A stretch of 63,312 nt of DNA, taken from NCBI GenBank assembly GCA_018817005.1, contig JAHIUF010000015.1, positions 1 through 63,312 on the forward strand, written 5' to 3'. This DNA comes from Nanobdellota archaeon (GTDB taxonomy: Archaea; Nanobdellota; Nanobdellia; Woesearchaeales; GCA-2686295). Both the position numbers and the translations under genes were made by a program. Numbering within the stretch: position 1 is the first letter of the stretch; each line of letters opens with the position of its first letter. This document shows, one piece after another, positions 57,221 through 63,312 of this stretch. A model generated the notes under the pieces. It saw nothing but the letters and a program-made list of their open reading frames with translations, was not told the DNA's origin and ran no database searches.

Positions 57221-57446
57221 TATTTCATTAATTTCTCAAATACAAATCACATTGTTATTATACTTTAAATAGCTGTTATATCTTAAGCATATAAAAAAAA
57301 TGTGTTAGACATCTTACTAGTTGTAATGCATCCGCCAGAGGCTTCTTTGTTTTTTCTTTGTATGCTTGAGCGTTAGCAAAACATACTTTTCTCATCAATG
57401 CTGAAAAGGATTGGAGTTTTTGTACTGCAAGTTCACATTAAAAATA

Positions 57447-58241
57447 CTATTCCAAGTAATCTTGTAATGTATCATGTAATTCTTCCATGTCTTGAATTAG
57501 ATATACATTTGGTTTTTCTAGAAGTTTTTCTGGTATTCTTTTTATCTGGAAAAAAATAAATGGCTTTGTTTCTGGAATATTGGAAATAATGTTTTTTTCT
57601 AAAGAAAAGTTGTATTCATGAAATACAAATCCTGCATAGACATCAATATTTTTTGGTTTCCGAATATCTACTTCTATGTCTGCAATCTCACTTATGCGTT
57701 CATAATAACTTTCTGGTTTCCAGTCTCCAATAAATACTTTTTTGAATTTTGGCAAGTCGAACTCATATGTTGGTTTTCCCATCGATTTGAGCATATTGGT
57801 TTCTCTTATAGATTGTGGTCCCAGACCTATTCTTATCATTGCGTCTAGTCCATAGTGTGGATGGCCTGAGTATTCAAAAACTTTTTCAGGGTCAACGTCA
57901 ACGTCTTTTATTGCATCAATTCCATGAATAAATACAGGACTTTCGGCACCCCATTCTTTTCCGACTATTATCGGTTTTTCAGTTGTGGAGAATAGTTCGT
58001 ATTCTGCTGCTTTTTCTGATGTTACTCCGCCTGTTTTGTATCCTTTTTTTGTTGCTAGAGCATATGCTTGTGCAAGCACACCGACATTTGTAACGCCAGA
58101 CACAATTATTATTTCTCTATCTGGAAAATCATTTTCTACTTTGTCAAAGGCTTCTTCTAAGTATTGTAATGCCTTATTCTTATTGTATTTTGTTGGTGGA
58201 CAATATCCAGCGACACCAATTCTCACAGGCTTCATTTGCAA
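57447..58241 (-). CDS. Hypothetical protein with SLOG-like N-terminal domain
   Basis: RIGVAGY, IVSGVTNVGV..AY..A..G and RIGLGPQS..E. Confidence 0.5.
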   Translation of the reverse strand: MQMKPVRIGVAGYCPPTKYNKNKALQYLEEAFDKVENDFPDREIIIVSGVTNVGVLAQAYALATKKGYKTGGVTSEKAAEYELFSTTEKPIIVGKEWGAESPVFIHGIDAIKDVDVDPEKVFEYSGHPHYGLDAMIRIGLGPQSIRETNMLKSMGKPTYEFDLPKFKKVFIGDWKPESYYERISEIADIEVDIRKPKNIDVYAGFVFHEYNFSLEKNIISNIPETKPFIFFQIKRIPEKLLEKPNVYLIQDMEELHDTLQDYLE

Positions 58242-58416
58242 AAGTATTTATTTGGAATTTATAAAGTTTGTCATTTTTACAACTACTAAGTTGTTACAAT
58301 AATTAATTTATTTTTATAAAACTAGTTTAGATGAAACTAGCTTCTTTTATTGTTTTTTGAGCTAACTCCAATAAAAATTAGAAACTGAGTTTAATGTTTT
58401 CTACATTAAACTGTTT

Positions 58417-59166
58417 TCAAAGAAAAACTAAACTCAATGCCATCATAGCCATACCCAAAAAAATTCCTGCAATGGTTATGTGATTATTTTTTTGCTTATA
58501 AGCATAAGGTAATAATTCATCAAAACTTATGAACACCATTATACCAGCAGTAGCTGCAAGAATAACATTTAACAACGTATTGGTTAAAAAATTCCTTAAA
58601 AAAAGAAAAGCAATAATTGCACCTAAAGGCTCTGCTAAACCTGAAAGAAAAGAATACCAAAAAGCTTTAATCTTGCTATTGGTCGCATAGTATATGGGCA
58701 TTGCGATAGCAATACCTTCAGGAATATTGTGCAAAGCAATTCCTAAAGCAACTATTATTCCTAATTTAAAGTTCACCATTGAAGAAAAAAAGACAGTAAT
58801 TCCTTCTGGAAAATTATGTATTGCGATTCCTAGTGCAACTATAAGTCCACATCTTTTAAGACCATGTTTATCTTTTAGATTTAGACTACAAGCATTTTCC
58901 GCTTCATAAGAATGAGGTATAAACACATCTATAACATAAATCAGTAGAATTCCTGCAAAAAATGATATAATTGCATAAAGATATCCTATATTAGAAATAC
59001 TTTCATTTAGTAACTCTGTAAGCGAAATAAAAATCATAACTCCTGCCGCAAAACCCATCGCTATACTAAGAAAGCAATCATTTCGTTTTTTGATAAAAAA
59101 AATTATCAAACTACCTAAAACTGTTGATAATCCGGCAAGAGTGGTTAGTATTAAAGCATTAATCAT
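58417..59166 (-). CDS. zupT: ZIP-family metal transporter (ZupT)
   Basis: HNFPEG, HNIPEG, SGLAEPLG and AGIMVFISFDEL. Confidence 0.93.
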   Translation of the reverse strand: MINALILTTLAGLSTVLGSLIIFFIKKRNDCFLSIAMGFAAGVMIFISLTELLNESISNIGYLYAIISFFAGILLIYVIDVFIPHSYEAENACSLNLKDKHGLKRCGLIVALGIAIHNFPEGITVFFSSMVNFKLGIIVALGIALHNIPEGIAIAMPIYYATNSKIKAFWYSFLSGLAEPLGAIIAFLFLRNFLTNTLLNVILAATAGIMVFISFDELLPYAYKQKNNHITIAGIFLGMAMMALSLVFL

Positions 59167-59168
59167 TT

Positions 59169-59579
59169 TTATATTTGAGATATTTTTTTTCTATAAGGAG
59201 ACATTTGAGGGTTATTTAAAAACAAGTTTAATTTTTTTATTACTTTGTCTGAAAACGCATGTTCTAAAATGTGTGCTTCTTTATGTATATCTGCAACATC
59301 TAATTCTAAAATATTTCTAAGAAAAACTTCTATGATTCGATGATTATGTATGAGTTTTTTTGCATAAGTTAATCCTTTTTTTGTAAAAAAAATTTTAGAA
59401 TAAGGTTCACTCTTCAAATAATTCAAATTCGTTAATTTTTTAATCATTGAAGAAACACTTGGTTTAGATATTTTTAATTCAGAGGCAATTTCTACCGACC
59501 TGATTCCTTTCAATTTATCTTGTTGTTTTTCGTAGAAACGATAAATTGTTATCAAATAATTCTCCATTGAAATATCCAT
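59169..59579 (-). CDS. DtxR/MntR metal-dependent regulator
   Basis: ENYLITIY, KPSVSSM, HRIIEVFL and EAHILEH. Confidence 0.93.
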   Translation of the reverse strand: MDISMENYLITIYRFYEKQQDKLKGIRSVEIASELKISKPSVSSMIKKLTNLNYLKSEPYSKIFFTKKGLTYAKKLIHNHRIIEVFLRNILELDVADIHKEAHILEHAFSDKVIKKLNLFLNNPQMSPYRKKISQI

Positions 59580-59622
59580 TTTAATTCAGTTAAAGACAAC
59601 TCCTATTTAAATTTTTTGAAAA

Positions 59623-59638
59623 GTTAGGCTTGTCTAAC
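59623..59638. promoter_or_regulatory. DtxR-box-like palindrome
   Basis: GTTAGGCTTGTCTAAC upstream of dtxR-zupT; matches the TTAGG..CTAA type. Confidence 0.7.
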
Positions 59639-59689
59639 ACACGTTACTTTCCAATAATTTTATATACTATCACTTTCAAAAAAACAATT

Positions 59690-61168
59690 ATGAAAGAAGC
59701 ATTAAAACTAATACAAGAAATCCAAAAAGAGGTTTTTCTCTTGCACGGAGTCATTGCACTTCTTGATTGGGATGAAAAAACGTATATGCCAAAAAAAGGC
59801 ATTGGTTCCAGATCAGAACAAGTTTCCATAATCAACTCGCTGGCTCATAAAAAAATTGTTTCAAACGAATTGTTTAAGACTTTGAAAAAATTATCAAAGA
59901 AAAAACTTTCAAAAAAAGATTCAATTATAGTAAAAAGACTTCTAAAAGATGTAATCGACGCAAGAAAACTTCCACAAAAATTTGTGGAAGAGCTTTCAAA
60001 AGAATCAATAATTACATCAGGTATTTGGCAAAAAGCAAGAAAAGAAAATGATTTCGAAATATTTAAACTCGCATTAAAAAAAATGATTAATCTTAAGCGA
60101 AAACAAGCAAAATACATTAATCCAAAAGCAGAAGCATACGATGTTTTGATTGATAATCATGAAGAAGGAATGACTGCAAAAAAACTCACAGAAATATTTA
60201 CACCTTTAAAAAAAGAACTTATCAAAATTTTAAAAGATATAAAAAAAACAAAACAGTATAAAGCACAAAAACATCATCACATAAAAATTTCTGAAGAAGA
60301 GCAAAAAAATCTTGTTAAATTATTTGTAGAAAAAATGAGTGTTTCTTGGGATGTATTATCACTAGACGCCTCAGCCCATCCTTTCACAACAAGAATCTCA
60401 GAATATGATGTTAGAATAACAACTCGTTTTCCAGATTTGATGGATGCATTTTTTTCAACAGTTCATGAGGCAGGGCACGCATTATACGAATTGAACCTAC
60501 CAAAAGAATATGCACCAACCGTAATATATGAAGCGCCATCAATGGGAATTCATGAATCACAATCCAGATTTTGGGAAAACATGATTTGCAGAAACAAAGT
60601 TTTCTGGAAGGGATACTTTAAAACATTCAATAAAACAGCAAAGCAAAAAGTAACATCTGAAGAATTCTATAACTGGATAAACCTTGTCAGACCATCTTAT
60701 ATCAGGGTTGATGCTGATGAAGTAACCTACTGTCTTCACATAATATTGCGATTCGAAATAGAAAGAGATCTTATTAATGGAAAATTATCAGTTGATAATG
60801 CAAGAGATGAGTGGAATAAAAAATTCAAAGAAATGTTTGGAATCACACCAAAATCCGACAATCAAGGAATATTGCAAGATATACATTGGTCAATGGGTGC
60901 TTTCGGCTACTTTCCATCATATGCTATTGGAACAATTTACTCAAGTCAAATAAGAGCAAAGCTAAAACAAGAAATTAAGGATTTTGATTCATTAGTTGAA
61001 AGACAAGAATTCAAGAAGATAATACTCTGGCTTGAAAAAAATATTCATTCAAAAGGAAGAACTATGCTTGCAGATGAAATAATAAAAAAATCCACTGGAA
61101 AAGGACTTGACCCAGAATCTTACATTAAATATTTAAAAGATAAATATTCAAAAATATATGGGTTTTAG
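59690..61168 (+). CDS. M32 carboxypeptidase
   Basis: HPF, HEAGH, HESQSRFWEN, IRVDAD, QDIHW and GYFPSY. Confidence 0.95.
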   Translation: MKEALKLIQEIQKEVFLLHGVIALLDWDEKTYMPKKGIGSRSEQVSIINSLAHKKIVSNELFKTLKKLSKKKLSKKDSIIVKRLLKDVIDARKLPQKFVEELSKESIITSGIWQKARKENDFEIFKLALKKMINLKRKQAKYINPKAEAYDVLIDNHEEGMTAKKLTEIFTPLKKELIKILKDIKKTKQYKAQKHHHIKISEEEQKNLVKLFVEKMSVSWDVLSLDASAHPFTTRISEYDVRITTRFPDLMDAFFSTVHEAGHALYELNLPKEYAPTVIYEAPSMGIHESQSRFWENMICRNKVFWKGYFKTFNKTAKQKVTSEEFYNWINLVRPSYIRVDADEVTYCLHIILRFEIERDLINGKLSVDNARDEWNKKFKEMFGITPKSDNQGILQDIHWSMGAFGYFPSYAIGTIYSSQIRAKLKQEIKDFDSLVERQEFKKIILWLEKNIHSKGRTMLADEIIKKSTGKGLDPESYIKYLKDKYSKIYGF

Positions 61169-62253
61169 GAAAAAGCAGTAAGCATTTTTTGTTTTTTACC
61201 ATCGACTTCTATGAATGGTTTTGCTCTGTTAATCCAAACACCAAAATTTTGAAGTTCTGAATACCTCTTTATTTTTCTGTTCGACTCAAGAATTCTTTTT
61301 GCAGAAATTGGACCAATGCCTGGAACTCTGATAAGATCATTAAAAGAAGCTTGATTTATATCTATTGGTTTATCAAAAAAATTCATTGCAAGTGATAGTT
61401 TTGGATCTTTGTTAGGAAGCATTCCATCATTCATTATCAACTCGAATTCTTCTAGTTTGAATTTATAATCTCTCATCAAAAAGTCTACGTTATAAAGATG
61501 ATTTTGTCTTGAAAAAGGTTCTTGTTTCTCATGTTCTAAGGGCGTTCCCTTTACTGGTCTGAAGGAAGAATAATAAACTCTTTTAAGAGAAAGCTTATCA
61601 TACTCCCATCTGGCCATTCGAAGAATCTCTTTGTCAGTTGCAAGATTATTAATCATCATTTGAGTTGTTTGTCCTGAACTAAGTTCAAGCCTTGATATCC
61701 ACGCCTGTCTTTTTAATATATCAATCTTATAATCTTTACAACTAGAAAGCTCTGATAAGATATTTTTGTTTGGTGCTTCAATATTGATGCTCATTCTAGT
61801 TGAAAACTTAGAAGCTTGTTTTATAAGTTCATAAGATGTTCCCGGTAAAACCTTAAAGTGAATATATCCATTAAAACCTTTTTTTTGTCTGATAATCTTT
61901 ACAGCCTCAATCATTCGCTTTGTTGCAGTATCTGGATCTTTTGACACCCCTGAACTCAAAAATAATCCATCCACAGAGAGATTTTTGTTCAAAAAATCAA
62001 ATACCTTCGCGAGTTCATCAGGTTCGTATCTGATTGCTTTCTTCTTACAGCCAGAAGCATTAGCACAATACTTACAATCAAATGAGCAAGTGTTATCCAT
62101 TAAGGTTTTAAATATTCGACAGGTTTTATGTTCTGCTTTTGCGTGATATATGCCTCCAAGTCCTGATTGAACTTTAACTTCACACATCTTTGGACCACAA
62201 CTATCATATTCTCCGGCAGAACCAAGAATTTTTGCTTTTTCAAATAAATCCAT
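61165..62253 (-). CDS. Putative DNA modification/repair radical SAM protein with C-terminal HhH (TIGR03916-like)
   Basis: CSFDCKYC, GLFLSSG, YIHFK and RVPGIGP HhH. Confidence 0.85.
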   Translation of the reverse strand: MDLFEKAKILGSAGEYDSCGPKMCEVKVQSGLGGIYHAKAEHKTCRIFKTLMDNTCSFDCKYCANASGCKKKAIRYEPDELAKVFDFLNKNLSVDGLFLSSGVSKDPDTATKRMIEAVKIIRQKKGFNGYIHFKVLPGTSYELIKQASKFSTRMSINIEAPNKNILSELSSCKDYKIDILKRQAWISRLELSSGQTTQMMINNLATDKEILRMARWEYDKLSLKRVYYSSFRPVKGTPLEHEKQEPFSRQNHLYNVDFLMRDYKFKLEEFELIMNDGMLPNKDPKLSLAMNFFDKPIDINQASFNDLIRVPGIGPISAKRILESNRKIKRYSELQNFGVWINRAKPFIEVDGKKQKMLTAFS

Positions 62254-62310
62254 AGATTTATTTTATAAAAACAATTTATATATCCTGCGTGCGCATGTCC
62301 AGTGTTATTT

Positions 62311-63312
62311 CTATTTTATAATCTGCAAGTGTGGGTATGCAATTTCTACTTTCTTTGTTTTAGAAATTTTGTATAAGAATCCTGAGTTAATTTCTGATTT
62401 CATCATTTTTAAATTTCTGTAGTGCGCAAGATATCTAACATTAAGACCTACTGATGAATTCCTTAATTCTACACGAACAATAGGCTCTCTTTTCATATCT
62501 TTAAAGGCGTATTTTTTCGCACCTTCAATTCTTTTGGTTTCTTCTGTTACTTCACCTATTCTTTTAGCTATTACCTCTTTATCTTTTTCTGCTTCTGTTT
62601 CTTTATGTTGAAATTTAAGGATATCAAGAGTTTCTAATAAATGAGCTTTTTTTTCAGAATGATCGTATTTAGTTGCACCTATATATTTATTTACAACTTG
62701 AAAAGCCACGTCTTTTAAAATCATTATTGCTTCCTGCCAGTTACTTTCGTAAGTTATATCTACTGATAATTCGTCCCATAAGTACTCTCCGTTTTTAGTG
62801 TAATTAGTAACTGAACCAGTTAAGACCATCTCATTTGGTATGGTTATTATTTTTCCGCTGGGTTCATCTGTATTATCCAAAAGTCCATCCATAACTGTGT
62901 ACATCATTTGTATTTCAACAACATCGCCTCTTACATCACTTACTTTTATCCTGTCACCAATAGAATATGCCTTATTAAACATTAATGAAAGCCAACCTAC
63001 AAAATTTAATATTGGTTTTTGCAGTGCAAAAGTTATTCCAAAACCCACAAGCCCAACAGATGTAAGCCAAACCCCTAAATCTCCCACCATTACTGAAAGA
63101 ATTGCCATCAGTGCAAGTATCCAAATAGCATATTTCACTATTGACCTGGCAGTAACATATTCATTTTCTCTTCCAATCAATCGAGAATATTTTTCAATTG
63201 CAGAGCTTATTATTGATATTAATAATTTTGCAAGAATAATTATTAAGATTATCGTGATAAATTTTGGTATAACTGCAATTACAGATGAATTTACAAGCTC
63301 ATAGTTTTGTTG
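62311..63312 (-). CDS. MscS mechanosensitive channel (5' end beyond the window)
   Basis: GLVGFGITFALQ, GDRIKV..GDV and IPN; frame open to the window edge. Confidence 0.9.
   Translation of the reverse strand, partial: QQNYELVNSSVIAVIPKFITIILIIILAKLLISIISSAIEKYSRLIGRENEYVTARSIVKYAIWILALMAILSVMVGDLGVWLTSVGLVGFGITFALQKPILNFVGWLSLMFNKAYSIGDRIKVSDVRGDVVEIQMMYTVMDGLLDNTDEPSGKIITIPNEMVLTGSVTNYTKNGEYLWDELSVDITYESNWQEAIMILKDVAFQVVNKYIGATKYDHSEKKAHLLETLDILKFQHKETEAEKDKEVIAKRIGEVTEETKRIEGAKKYAFKDMKREPIVRVELRNSSVGLNVRYLAHYRNLKMMKSEINSGFLYKISKTKKVEIAYPHLQIIK

Larger units (their letters stand above)
48115..57344. mobile_element. Probable older genomic island (ion homeostasis cargo) at the same tRNA site
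   Basis: Ends in a 12-bp copy of the tRNA 3' end, CGCCAGAGGCTT (57333-57344), preceded by an attR-arm-like ACATCTTACTA. Confidence 0.55.

Noticed and set aside
1-63312. CRISPR array, cas genes or rRNA
   Set aside because: No repeat-spacer series or rRNA signatures seen; the 16-bp arrays lack unique 30-40 nt spacers.

Overview
AT-rich archaeal chromosomal DNA, most likely a DPANN archaeon of the Woesearchaeota type. This is inferred from RpoL, intron-containing tRNAs, TATA/BRE promoters, GGTGA ribosome-binding sites, class III signal peptides and many orphan coiled-coil genes. Housekeeping and metabolic genes include metG, rpoL, uppS, a polyprenyl synthase, XerA, an M32 peptidase and several transporters. 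Main points: (1) A xerA gene lies next to a perfect 11-6-11 dif site. Two arrays of a 16-bp-period palindrome (ATWG-N6-CWAT; 4 and 7 units) sit about 1.2 kb either side of dif, and one abuts a PadR-type wHTH gene. This is a candidate undescribed terminus or segregation module. (2) A ~7.05 kb element is integrated at the 3' end of tRNA-Thr(GGT). It has a 17-bp att duplication, a symmetric attP, an atypical tyrosine integrase, a two-tyrosine HUH Rep, a phiX174-like dso hairpin and small or Cys-rich membrane proteins, but no visible ATPase. It is a candidate novel ssDNA virus, satellite or plasmid. (3) An older ~9 kb ion-homeostasis island lies behind it. (4) An intron-containing tRNA-Thr has the rare AGT anticodon. 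(5) There is also a cobalamin-type ECF uptake locus with a DUF4443 regulator, a 90-bp MITE and several small duplications. No CRISPR array or rRNA was seen. All family assignments come from motif recognition, not database searches.
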